Assembly (NCBI GenBank): GCA_964016885.1
Contig: OZ024743.1
Coordinates: 145,638,001-145,702,000, forward strand
Direction of reading: 5' to 3'
DNA: 64,000 nucleotides
From: Eledone cirrhosa
Lineage: Eukaryota
Made by a program: the position numbers and the translations under genes. Of the stretch, positions 26,244 through 38,474 are shown piece by piece. Each line of letters opens with the position of its first letter. The stretch's first letter is position 1. The notes beneath the pieces are model-generated. The model saw nothing but the letters and a program-made list of their open reading frames with translations. It was not told the origin of the DNA and did not search any database.

Positions 26244-26401
26244 ATTAACATTTAACATTTAATATTCTATCATACTATTTCATTATAATACCATTATAAA
26301 TTTTAAAGGATTGTAAATAAAACGAGTAAATCAGACAAAGTTGGAATTCCTCTTATTAATATAATCTTCTATACACAATCATACACACCCGTGTATATTT
26401 A

Positions 26402-26480
<79 letters not shown>

Positions 26481-26484
<4 letters not shown>

Positions 26485-27895
26485 TGGTCAAACTAACTAA
26501 CTCTGCTCAGTCCTACTACGCTAGGCCTGTGATTCGTGATGCAAAAGGACACCAAGGACTGAGACATGTAAGGAAGAGTGGCCTGGGGAACGGAAATGAC
26601 AAGCGACGGAGGTATCCACACCGAGTCGTATGTCCCTCAAATGTTCATCAAAACGGTTCACCAAACGGCGTCCTGTTTGTCCGATATATAAGGATCCGCA
26701 AAGGGAACACCGGGGAGCATAGACTAGGTGAAGGAGTGGCAGATACGGAATGAACCGTTGGTATCTGTGAGAGTGGTGAGGTTATAAATGAAGGGACAGG
26801 TGTTATAGGGGATATCCACGCGGGATGAAGCAAGAGGCCATGTGAAATCGTGGTCCTGGCTACAGAGCCGACAAAGACGCACGAATTGGAAGTAGGATAT
26901 GGAGAGTTTGGTGTGGGGGAAATGGGAAGAGGTGAAGTTGAGATAAGAATGGGAATCAGTGGGCTTATAGAAGATAGTGGTAGAGAGTGCCTGGTATGTA
27001 TGGTCAATAGAGAGAGAGATGTCAAGAAATTGGACAGAAGAGGTTGAGACGGAGGTGGTGAAGGTGAGAGCAGGGTGAAAAGACTGGACAAAAGAAAGAA
27101 TGGAATCGAGCTGTTCTCGAGAGAAAAAGATGGCACCGATATACTCGTCGATGTAACGACCGTATATCTCGGGAGTCGGACCAGTGTACTGGGAGAAGAT
27201 CAAGGCTTAAACATAGCCAACAAACAAGTTGGCGTAGTTAGGGCCCATTCTGGTACCCATAGCTACCCCAGAGACCTGTTGGTAAAACTCTCAGGAAAAG
27301 GAAAAACCATTAAGAGTGAGAATGAGCTCAGCAAGGCAGAGAAGAGTAGAAGTAGTAGGGTAGAGGGTAGGGCGTAAGGCTAAAAAATGTCGGAGAGCGC
27401 TGAAGCCGTCATCTTGAGGGATGACGGTGTAAAGAGAGTTGATGTCCATTGTAAAGAGAAGACGAGGAGGGGGGGGGGGCAGAAGAGAAAGAGAAGGAGT
27501 CAAACAGACGAAGGGTATGATTAGTGTCATGGATGTGGGAGGGGAGGTCGGTTACAAGGGGGCGATGAGGGTGTCAAGATATTAGGAGATAATTTCGGTA
27601 GGGCAGTTATAGGCTGAAACTATAAGTTGATGAATGGTGGAGGACATGAACTGTTGGTAGCCTGGGGTGGGGTCAGAGGATAAAAGCCGGTAAAAATGGG
27701 TATTGTGAAGCTGGCGGAGGGCCTCAGTTCTGTAGACGTCTACGCGTCACACCACCACGGCACCACCTTCATCAGCGGGTTTGATGGTAATGTCATCGCA
27801 GCGCTATAGGCTGCGCAGAACGGAGAGTTCAGCCTGAGTAAGGTTGATGCGGACGAGAGTGCTTCTGGAAATTGAAGCGGTTCAAAGTACGTCGA
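26481..27895 (-). mobile_element. Second Penelope-like element fragment (RT core plus GIY-YIG, frameshifted and internally deleted) between (TA)n arrays
   Basis: FTMDINSLYTVIP, AMGTRMGPNYANLFV, YGRYIDE, YKPTDSHSYL and LYIGQTGRRLVNRFDEH. Confidence 0.9.
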
Positions 27896-27909
27896 TATAT
27901 ATATATATA

Positions 27910-28113
27910 GTAATAATAATAAATTTGAAGACTAAAATCCAAAGAGGGCTCGGTAAGGAAAAATATATATCAAATATACAAGAACCGTAGAGCAAATATT
28001 TATTAAAATAACAAATTAAAGTTTAAGCAAAGAATCGCTGCTTTCACCCTTAACGGGATCTTCTTAAGGATGAAAGCAGCGATTCTTTGCTTAAACTTTA
28101 ATCTGTTATTTTA

Positions 28114-28120
<7 letters not shown>
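27910..28120 (-). mobile_element. Fold-back mini-element family B, copy 2
   Basis: Same tail and arms as 20132-20365 in the opposite orientation, with a different junction. Confidence 0.85.
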
Positions 28121-28176
<56 letters not shown>

Positions 28177-28473
28177 CTCCTTTGATGCATTTGTGGAAAC
28201 TTGTCGACGTACTTATAGTGGAGTACTTCACTGTTATCTTTGGTAAGGTGAGAGAAGCTCTATGCACAGTAAAATCCTCAGTTCATTAGGAGATTAAAAC
28301 AGATGAATAAGCCAGCGACAGTTAAAGTCCTTGCTGTTGACAGCGTGAAGTCAAATATTTTAATTCCTTTAAAATGCAATTTAGAAGCAGAATAGGATGA
28401 ATGAAGCCAATTCAACTCTACACACTGTATATTAGAACCAGATTAATATTAAGGGTAATTTGCGTATGCTTCG

Positions 28474-28582
<109 letters not shown>

Positions 28583-28941
28583 TTTTTTTTTTTCGTTAAA
28601 ACAGGAGATATGACCGCAATTTTTTGCAGGCTGAGTAATTATGTAGAGCCTTCACTTGCATTGACATATGTTTTACTGTAATTACGTTTTTTTTTAATTT
28701 GACGCCGAGGCCATTTCAAATATCACGTGTCAAAGAGATATCAGTCAAATCGTATACTACCAACTTTAACAGGGGAAGGACACATTGCATACGGTAACCT
28801 TATATCTTCCTAAAAAGGTGATATCGTTTCGGCTGGAATGCTTTGATCATAGTCTCCTCGATCGCGATGGAACTAAGGCGAAATAAAGCCAACACTAATT
28901 TCAATTTCTTTAATAGAGAAAGAAGCTTTATTGATGTTTAT

Positions 28942-29135
28942 AATAATTGTTTCTATTTTAGGCAACATTTTTGGGGAGGGAAAATTGGATTACTGGTACT
29001 TTATTTTATCGACCCCATAAGGATGAAAGGCAAAGCTAACCTCGGGGGGGATTTGAACTCACAACGTAAAGGGCCATAACTCTATGTCACTAAGCATGTT
29101 GTCCGACGCTCCACCGATTCTGCCAATCTACCACC
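28942..29135 (-). mobile_element. tRNA-derived SINE
   Basis: Same central and box motifs as the other copies. Confidence 0.85.
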
Positions 29136-30250
29136 TTTGTTGTTTATAATAATAAAAACAATTTAATAGAAAAAGAAAAAATAGATTGAGAAGAAAGAAT
29201 GGAATTTAAAATAAGAAAATATAAAAACGGAAAAGGAAGGAAAAGGCTAGAGCTCTAGTGTCACAGAAGAATGGGGAGGGAAAGAGGTAGGGTGGTGTGG
29301 TCTGGGTCTAAGGGGCGGCGGTAATGATGCTGTGCCCCGCGAACAAGATCGCAAAGCATTCCCGCGGACAATGGCCAGCGACACCCGCTGCAACAGCCAC
29401 CCCACCTCGTGGGGCTCCTTCTTCAGACGGGCCGCTGACGTTCCGATCTAATACAATTTAGTGTCCTTTTCTTATTCAAGATGTGATTTTAAGAAGCTGT
29501 GACTGCTGTTTCTAACATGTTAGGCAACTACTTAGAGGTTTCTTCGTTTTTGCTGATCGAGTTATATTGGTCACCAGGATAATTATAACCAAAATATTTC
29601 TTATCACACTAGCTTATCTTGTAATAATAAGTCGTTATCACACTAGCGTACTTTGGCAATTGATATTCAGATAAAGATATGGCAACAAAATGTTATTTCT
29701 TACAGAGTTACTTAATTTAATTTAACCCTTGTTTGTACAATCCAAGGATTCGCGAAAATGTATTTTGTTAAATATTTACATTTGTGTAAATTCTAATTTG
29801 ATAGAAGCAATATTTAATGGTTTCGGAATAAACGTTCTGTTTCCGAAAATATAATATATTTGCTATATAATCTCGTATAATTTTTTTATTGTTTCCTTGA
29901 GCGTCTTACAAAACTTATTTTCCCAATATTCAAATAGATTATTTGATTTAAATTATTAAATAATAATTATTATGGAATAATTTTGATTTGCATATTTTTC
30001 TCCAATTTTTTTGTTTCTCGTTATTGTCATTTGTTGTATCCTTTTGTAATTAGCTTTAATAATGCTAGGGTAATGGCTATCAGAATCAGTAGAACGCCGA
30101 TAAAAAGTGTTGTGTGATATTTCCTTTTTTCCCTTTATGTTCTGATTTAAAAACATTGATGTTCCCACTAAACAAGTGCTGACGTAGGTTGAATCGACTG
30201 TGACCTTCTCCTCAACATCGGTAACATGTACAAAAGTTAGAGATCATATT

Positions 30251-30439
30251 TAATAACTGTTTCTACTTTTGGCACAAGGCCAGCAATTACCCAGTGTATT
30301 ACTGGTACTATATTTTATCGACCCCATAAGGATGAAAGGCAAAGTTAACCTCGGCGGGATTTGAACTCAGAATGGCAAGGGCCGTAACTCTATGCGTCAA
30401 AGCATGGCGTCCGACCCTCTACCGATACTGCCAATCCAC
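30251..30439 (-). mobile_element. Young tRNA-derived SINE, full length
   Basis: Close to the family consensus inferred from the other copies. Confidence 0.9.
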
Positions 30440-31254
30440 TAACGTCGAGAAAGACTGTAAGAGGTAGGGAAAAGGTAATTAATCTACTAAGTATCATTCA
30501 CTCAATGTATTGTTGTGTTGTGTTTTATACTTACTAGCAGAAAAGCCACCCTTCAGGGGGTTTTCTGCTAGCATGTATAGTGTGCATATTGATTTTATAT
30601 GCAAATATATATACATGTAAATATGATACATCAAATAAAATCGCAATTGACAATACGCACAGAAATTGAAGGGAGACTGTGTTACACTGTCTTCTGTAAT
30701 CAGTAAAGTCATCCATGATACATTTAAAAAAGACGATATTATATATAAACTGCATTACTGTGTATTGACATTTGAAAATTTTAAAAGAAATGAATCTTAA
30801 AATAAGCAATCATTATATATAAGAATATAAGAATATTTATGTTTAATCAACAGCTACGAAATTTAGTACATAAATTATGTAATATTCATTCATTATTTAT
30901 TCAAAATAATCCAACTTATTTTAGTAACGGGATAAAAATATATTCAGGACACAGTCCCGCACTCCTCCCTTTATTATATTGTGATTGTTCTTAGTTTAGT
31001 TTTGCATTGACAAATACATTTAAACTTTCTATAGTGGATTGAGTACGTTTTGGCGTAAGCTTTTAGTACATTTGTTAAAATCTCCGAAGCAGTCCTGTCA
31101 ATAACTTGTCAGTATATTTACATAGAGTATTTACTTATTATATATATTGTGTATTTATGTAAATTCCGTTTCACATTTATGTATTTATATATATTTCCAT
31201 ATAACAATTATGTTTAATTGTCAGTTTTTAGCATTTAACATTCGAATTTATTAA

Positions 31255-32330
31255 TAACTAACTGAATTACCCGGCGTTGCCCGGGTTACTGCTGTTCTTA
31301 TTCAGATTAGTAAACAATAAATATGTAGATATGTTTTTTTTTCTCATAATTATTTCAAAATATCTATATTTTATTTTTTTTTTAATCAAAGTTGTAATGA
31401 TAATAGAATTTAGAAATGAAAGTCTGTCAATCGTCAAGCACCTTAGGGTAAACAATATTCATTGTGTAATGTTTTGTTGGTGTCCAAAGAATAAATTGTT
31501 GCTGCTCACTCACACACATACGCTCTCACATACACTCACATACATATACTAAGACAGACACACACAGAGGCTTTCACGCAGACACACGCATTTTTTTGTC
31601 AGTCGTCACATATGTATATGTATGTGTAGATGTGTGTGTGTGTATTTAATAACGAACCTAACGAACGCGCAAACACATACATTCACAGACACATACATAC
31701 TCATATACAAAATGTGACGTCGTAGTCGTTGTGTTGTTTACTATTGTTTGAATCCAAATGAAAATAAAAATTATGACACATACACTCATATACATATACT
31801 AAGACAGACACACACAGACATACATTCGCGTACACCTACACTCTCACATACATTCACATACATCATATACTAAGACAGACACACACAGACAGATCTTCAC
31901 ACACACCTATTACTTGTCAGCCACACATATGTATGTGTAGATGTGTGTGTGTGTTTAATTCTCTGTGTGTGAAGATAACGTGTATGCAACTTACTAAGGC
32001 TATATGTATGTGTAGATGCGTGTATATGTTTAATTCTGAGGCCTAACGTACGTAACGAACCCGCAAACACACACGCACACACTCATAGACACATACACTC
32101 TCATATACAAAATGTGACGTCTTTGTCGTGGTGGTGGTATAAAATGTCCTTTACTATAGTTGACTATAGATAGATTATTTTAGATAAAATGTTATATTGT
32201 TTTAATCAAAATAAAAATAAAAACTCCTAGTGTCTAATACTATTACTTTGTAAAATTTGATTTGATTTGGTCGAGCGGTTTGAGAATGCATAGGAAACAG
32301 ACAGACAAAGAGTTTTATATAGAGAGAGAT
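31255..32330 (+). mobile_element. Non-autonomous Helitron/Helentron-associated (HINE/Lep1-like) element
   Basis: 5' hairpin ACCCGGCGTTGCCCGGGT, internal tandem duplication at about 31500-32130, and 3' ACAGACAGACA..TTTTATATAGAGAGAGAT. Confidence 0.6.
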
Positions 32331-32476
32331 TTGTAAATTCCAATTACATGCAACATTTTGGGGAGTTTGGTGTGTATTTCGATTTGTGTGTATGGAGAGG
32401 GCCTGCTGAACTAGAAGTAAGCCGTGTTCCCCAAGGTCTAAATCTAGCCCTGTCTGTACGATATGATATATGATAA

Positions 32477-32567
<91 letters not shown>

Positions 32568-32748
32568 AAAAGCGAGGAAGTTTTGTTTACATATGAAAAA
32601 TATTTATTGCATGTCGACCTGTTAAGCGCGTTTCGCAGAGGATTGACTCAAGGTGACCCATAGGAGTTATGGACCCGACTCCAGTATCGATCTGCTCTCC
32701 AGACTGGTGATGCGACAAAAGATATATGTATCATATATCATATCGTAC

Positions 32749-33380
32749 GGAACTGACTTCATGCGCTTTCTCCACTCAACCCTATTTAGAGCTATCTCCT
32801 CCCTGTTGTCTATATCAAATGCCAACTCTTTGAGGTTGTTCTTGATGCTGGCCCTGAACCTCATTTTGGGGGTTTGTGTTAAGGCCTTTTTCCAAGAAAA
32901 AGCTCACCGTAAAAACAGTTGCTTCGGGATCCTGCTTTCTTTCATGCGGACGATATGTCCCGTCCAGCGTATTTGAGAAAATGTTACTTGGGATTCAATG
33001 CTTGAACATTCTTCTTTGATAAGGACATGGATGTCAGGTGTTCTGTCTTGTCATTTGATGTTGAATATGGGCCTTAAACATTTCTGCTGAAACACTCAAG
33101 CAATTTGGTGTGTTTGCGGAATAGCGTCCAGGTTTCGGCGGAGTATAAAAGAGCAGACAGAACACATGATCTATACACACACACCTTGGTATTGTTGGTA
33201 ATATTGCGATTTGTCCAAACTCTCTTTTCCAATGTTCCGAATGCAACAGTGGGCTTCTGGATGTGCAGATGTATTTCAGCATCCAAGGATCCATGATTTA
33301 AGAGTGTGCTACCCAAGTAGACAAAATTATCTACTACTCCCAACCTGGTTCTATCAACCATATGGTTCTCCAGGTGCAAG
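32749..33380 (-). mobile_element. RTE LINE C-terminal fragment
   Basis: VDNFVYLGSTL, TKVCVYRSCVLSALLYSAETWT, RWTGHIVRM and ALNRVEWR. Confidence 0.88.
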
Positions 33381-33535
33381 GGTAAACATTACTTTGGTCA
33401 CAACAACAGCAGCATCAAAACGATAAAAACCAAACAACATCAACTGCCACCACCATTCAGTCAAAACGATCAAACCTCATACATACATACATACATACAT
33501 ACATACATACATACATACATACATACATACATACA

Positions 33536-33875
33536 TGGTGGCTGCCAACTCGTTTTCGAGTACGGCCACTACTTTATATCCATGTACAAACACTACACTT
33601 GTGACAATTACTGACACATAGTGCTGGGCCCATGGTACCATGTGATGACAATTGCAGAGAGATCTCCAGATATAAAGCAATGCCTGTGCCGTGAAGCTTT
33701 TATAGTGAGCAAAGGCACTGCACAAAGCCAGTCCCACTCTCTTAACCAAGATGATATTTACCAAAAAGAAGAACAAGTCAACATCATTGGATACCATCAG
33801 GGTTGCAGGTGTTATATCAGAGTTTTCCTTCTCCTAGAATTCTGCCTTGACAAAGGCTAAGGGGTCATCTCTCCC
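33536..33875 (-). mobile_element. Non-autonomous RTE-derived element, segment X
   Basis: RTE-UTR-like CTAGGAGAAGGAAAACTCTGA and a hairpin 3' end running into (TATG)n. Near-identical copies at 37091-37500, 40266-40570 and 40587-41000. Confidence 0.75.
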
Positions 33876-33971
33876 ATACATACATACATACATACATACA
33901 TACATACATACATACATACATACATACATACATACATACATACATACATACATACATACATACATACATAA

Positions 33972-36317
33972 ACATTACTGGTCCCAAGAACAAAGACACC
34001 CACTTGGCAAAAAACTACCGACACATTGCATGCCAGAACTTGATGTATAAGATGTATACAGCCTGCCTGAACCTATTCCTCCAAGATCACTGTGAAAATA
34101 ATAACATCATCACATATGAACAAGCAGCTGGAAAGAAAGGGGTTTGGGGATGTGCTGAACAACTCCTAATCAACAAAACTGCGATGTCGGAGGTACGGCA
34201 ACTTAGGAGGAATGTGGCTACAGTCTGGCTGGACTACAGGAAAGCTTTCGATTCTGTTCCCCACTCTTGGATGATAGAGGCCCTCCAACTTGCTAAAGTC
34301 TCAGACATTATTGTCAGAGCCATAGAGAGGCTGTCTTCTTCTTGGGCTACTATCCTAAGGTTAAAGACAGAGAGGGGGGATTCTATTTTCACTGATAAAA
34401 TAAAATATTACAGGGGTATATTTCAGGGAGACAGTCTCTCTGTGATATTATTTATCCTGTCATTAAACCCCCTGTCCTTTCTGCTCAAGAAATATGAGGG
34501 ATACATCATTGGCTCACAGGAGGACAGAAATACGAACCTAACCCATAACTTCTTTGTGGATGATCTGAAACTCTATGCCAAGAATATGGATGGGATGAAG
34601 AAAAATCTTGACCTGGTTCCAACATTCTCAAAGGATATAGGAATGGAGATGGCCAAGATAAATGCTCATTTATGACTGTAAAGCGGGAAAAACAACAACC
34701 CAATCTAGCAACATTGTCATCAATGGCCTAACTGTTTCACCGATATCTGATGAGGACTGCTACAGATACCTGGGGATAGATGAGAATATATCCTCTAATG
34801 GTATCTATAATAAGGAACGCGTAACCAGGGAATACTACACCCGATTAAGAAAGATTTGGTCATCGGAACTCTCTGCGCAAAACAAAACAGTGGCTCACAA
34901 TGTGTTTGCTGTGCCTGTCCTAACACCAACGTTTGGAATACTCAATTGGACGATAGACAAAATCCGAGCAGTTGATGTTAGAACTCGAAAAATACTAAAC
35001 AACACCGGAAACTTCCACATCAACAGTGACATAGACCGCCTTTACTTGAAACGTAAGCAGGGAGGCAGAGGCCTAACATCAGTCCAGACAGCATTTGAAT
35101 GTCGCATTATATCTCTCCGATAGCATCTACGAACCTCGAAGCGTAGGAGTCCGTCTCACAAGCAAGTCTATCTGCATGAAACAGATAAGATCATGAGAGT
35201 TGGGAAAGAAGTCCTCGAGAGATATTCCGTGTGATAATCAAAAACTCACACCCAGGGAAGTCACTCAGCAGTATAGCAGTGAATACATGGATGAAAAACT
35301 GCATGCTTATCAGCAAAAACATCATGCATGGATATATTGTCAGTGAGAGTAATATAGATAAGGAAAGTAGTCTATCTTGGACTAACAACCGCTATACTGG
35401 CTCTCACTTTGAAAGATTCGCTTTTGCAATCCAAGAACAGGAGATTAACACGAAATACCTGATTCACAAAAGAGATAGGGATGCAGGCAAAACACCTAGA
35501 TGTGATAAGAAGTGCAGACTCTGCAGAATTAACATTGATGTCACCCATGTCATCAACAGCTGTCCAAAGATGTCATCGCGGCACTATCTACCTATGAGGC
35601 ATGATGTAGTGACCAAAACACTGTATAATGCAATCCGTAGGATAGAAAGCCCCGATAATAAACACAGTAAAAGCTACAGCAATGTGGAAGACATCCATGT
35701 ACATAATATGAAAGAGTCCTGGTGGAATGTTCTAATAAAAACCCCAATAAAATGCAGGCATAACAGACCAGGTATTATGATATGGGACATGGAGAAAGCA
35801 TGCACAGTAGTTTAAATTAGCTGCCCAGCAGATGCCAATATAATATCAAACATTAGCGAAAAGGAGAATATTTATGCACAACTAATAAAAAATCTGCAGA
35901 TACTCCACCCTGACTATACCTTCAGATGCCTGTGATTATTGGGCACTGGGATATGTTAGTAACTGCCTCAATACAAATCTTGAGACGATGGGCTTCACAG
36001 AAACAGAAAGAACACAACTAGTTAGGAAATTACAAGTACAATCCATTAATGGAACAGTAAAAATATGTAAAACATTCCAAAAATGTTGCATCTAATAACT
36101 GCATATACACATGTACAGATACAAAGCATATATACATGCACACATACAACTCAAAACATACACATCCACACATACACTAACATCCATATCTACACATGCA
36201 TACGTAATCTATCGAGTTGATGTTGTGCAAATTCCAATGAGAGAGTCTTGTGTCTATGTTAGAAACCGACTCTCTCTCTATTGGTAAAAATTTGTGAAAT
36301 TATAAAAGCAGAAGAAC
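33972..36317 (+). mobile_element. 5'-truncated R4/Dong-clade non-LTR retrotransposon (RT, CCHC, restriction-like endonuclease), disrupted, in (CATA)n
   Basis: WLDYRKAFDSVPHSW, RGIFQGDSLS, FVDDLKLY, DRLYLKRKQGGRGL, CRLC..THVINSC..RHDVV and HNRPGIMIWD. (CATA)n on both sides. Confidence 0.9.
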
Positions 36318-36337
36318 ATACATACACAAATACATGA

Positions 36338-37055
36338 CGATGGCTGTCCCCTCGTTATCGAGCATGGCCATTGCACGATATACGATTATTAAAAATTATG
36401 AATTAATTCTATCGTGCAATGCCTGTTAAAGTGAGGAAAGACTGTGCACTGAGCCAATCCCACTCTCTGAGTGACAGTAGCTATAACCCGAAAAGAAGAA
36501 AAAATCAACATCGTCGGTAACTACTGAGCCGCAGGTTTTATATCGGAGTTATCCCAGTTTCCTGAGTTGCCTTCTCCTAGAAGAATGCCCTGACAAAGGC
36601 TAGGGGTCCTTCACTCCCAGTGGTTTAACCGCGTGGTACATGTGTATATACATACTTACACACTTTCGGATGGCCGTTGACTCTTATGAGTTCTTCCGCC
36701 CTTTATCAGGTTTTGTTTTTTGTCCTGCAGGGTGTCCAAAATCACCCTCCTCACCAAGTAAACTTGGTGGGGTTACCGGTTTAGTCACCGACGACCCGAC
36801 CATGCGACGGGTTGTACTGGGTTACATGTTACCAGTAGCACTCAAGAGTGACCCGACATAACATACATACATACATACATACATTTTGGATGGCCATTGA
36901 CTCTTAAGAGCTCCTTTGCCCTTTGACAGGTTTTGTTTTTAGTCCTGCCGGATGTCCAAAGTCACCCTCCTCACCAAGAAACCTTGGTGGGGTTGCCAGT
37001 TTAGTCGCCAACGACCCGACCATGAGACAGGTTGTACTGGGATACATGTTACCTA
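36338..37055 (-). mobile_element. RTE-derived segment Z (36338-36637) plus two leader segments Y (36664-36857, 36883-37053)
   Basis: Z is a diverged relative of X. The Y copies match 37505-37698 and 41003-41195. Confidence 0.7.
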
Positions 37056-37090
37056 CATACATACATACATACATACATACATGCATACAT

Positions 37091-37698
37091 GGTGGCTGCC
37101 AACTCGTTTTCGAGTACGGCCACTACTTTATATCCATGTAGGAGAACCCCTACCAATGCGCTGAACGAATGTGACTTTTTAGTCCAGCCAGCGACTTGAA
37201 AACTCTGGTACAAACACTACACTTGTGACAATTATTGACACATAGTGCTGGGCCCATGGTACCATGTGACGACAAGTGCAGAGAGATCTCCAGATATAAA
37301 GCAATGCCTGTGCTGTGAAGCTTTTATAGTGAGCAAAGGCACTGCACAAAGCCAGTCCCACTCTCTTAACCAAGATGATATTTACCAAAAAGAAGAACAA
37401 TTCAACATCATTGGATACCATCAGGGTTGCAGGTGTTATATCAGAGTTTTCCTTCTCCTAGAATTCTGCCTTGACAAAGGCTAAGGGGTCATCTCTCCCC
37501 GTGATTTTGGATGGCTATTGACTCTTAAGAGCCCCTTTGCCTTTTGACAGGTTTTATTTTTAGTCCTGCAGGATGTCCAAAGCCACCCTCCTCACCAAGA
37601 AACCTTGGTGGGGTTGCCAGTTTAGTCGCCAACGACCCGACCATGAGACAGGTTGTACTGGGATACATGTTACCAGTAGCACCAACTGGTGACCTGAC
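37091..37698 (-). mobile_element. Complete ~610-bp Y+X non-autonomous element flanked by (CATA)n
   Basis: A second complete copy at 40587-41195 has the same ends. Confidence 0.82.
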
Positions 37699-37781
37699 AC
37701 ATACATACATACATACATACATACATACATACATACATACATACATACATACATACATACATACATACATACATACATACA

Positions 37782-38247
37782 TGAAAAGGAGAATATTTAT
37801 GCAGAAATGATGAGAAATCTGCAGATACTCCACCCTGATTACACCTTCAGATGCCTGTGATTATTGGGGCACTGGGATATGTTAGTAACTGCCTCAATAC
37901 AAATCTTGAGAAGCTAGGCTTCACAGGAACAGAAAGAACACAACTAGTTAGGAAATTACAAGTACAATCCATTAATGGAACAGTAAAAATATGTAAAACA
38001 TTCCAAAATTGTTGCATCTAATAACTGCATATACACATATACAGATACCAAGCATATACACATGCACACATACAACTCAAAACATACACATCCACACATA
38101 CAATAACATCCATATCTACACATGCATGCATACATACATACCTACCTAGTCGATGATGTGTAAATTCCAATGAGAGAGTCTTGTGTCTATGTTAGAAACA
38201 GACTCTCTCTCTATTGGTAAAAATTTGTGAAATTATAAAAGAAGAAC
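37782..38247 (+). mobile_element. 3' fragment of the R4/Dong element, in (CATA)n
   Basis: Highly similar to 35859-36317, with (CATA)n on both sides. Confidence 0.9.
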
Positions 38248-38328
38248 ATACATACATACATACATACATACATACATACATACATACATACATACATACA
38301 TACATACATACATACATACATACATACA

Positions 38329-38380
38329 TGATGGCTGCCCCCTCGTTATCGAGTATGGCCATTGCACGAGAAAAAAAAAA

Positions 38381-38421
<41 letters not shown>

Positions 38422-38443
38422 TTTAAAAAAATTAAAAAAAGAA

Positions 38444-38474
<31 letters not shown>

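Larger units (their letters stand above)
24362..26362 (-). mobile_element. 5'-truncated Penelope-like element with inverted ~400-bp pseudo-LTRs
   Basis: Inverted repeats at 24362-24761 / 25962-26362 flank RT C-terminus (RYLDDCFIIW, LPFLDI, YYKHTDTHQYL) and GIY-YIG coding sequence. Both ends lie at or near (TA)n. Confidence 0.93.

Noticed and set aside
33621-33860. 79-aa ORF repeated four times as a possible small gene family
   Set aside because: It lies antisense within RTE-UTR-derived segment X and is conserved only because the copies are young.
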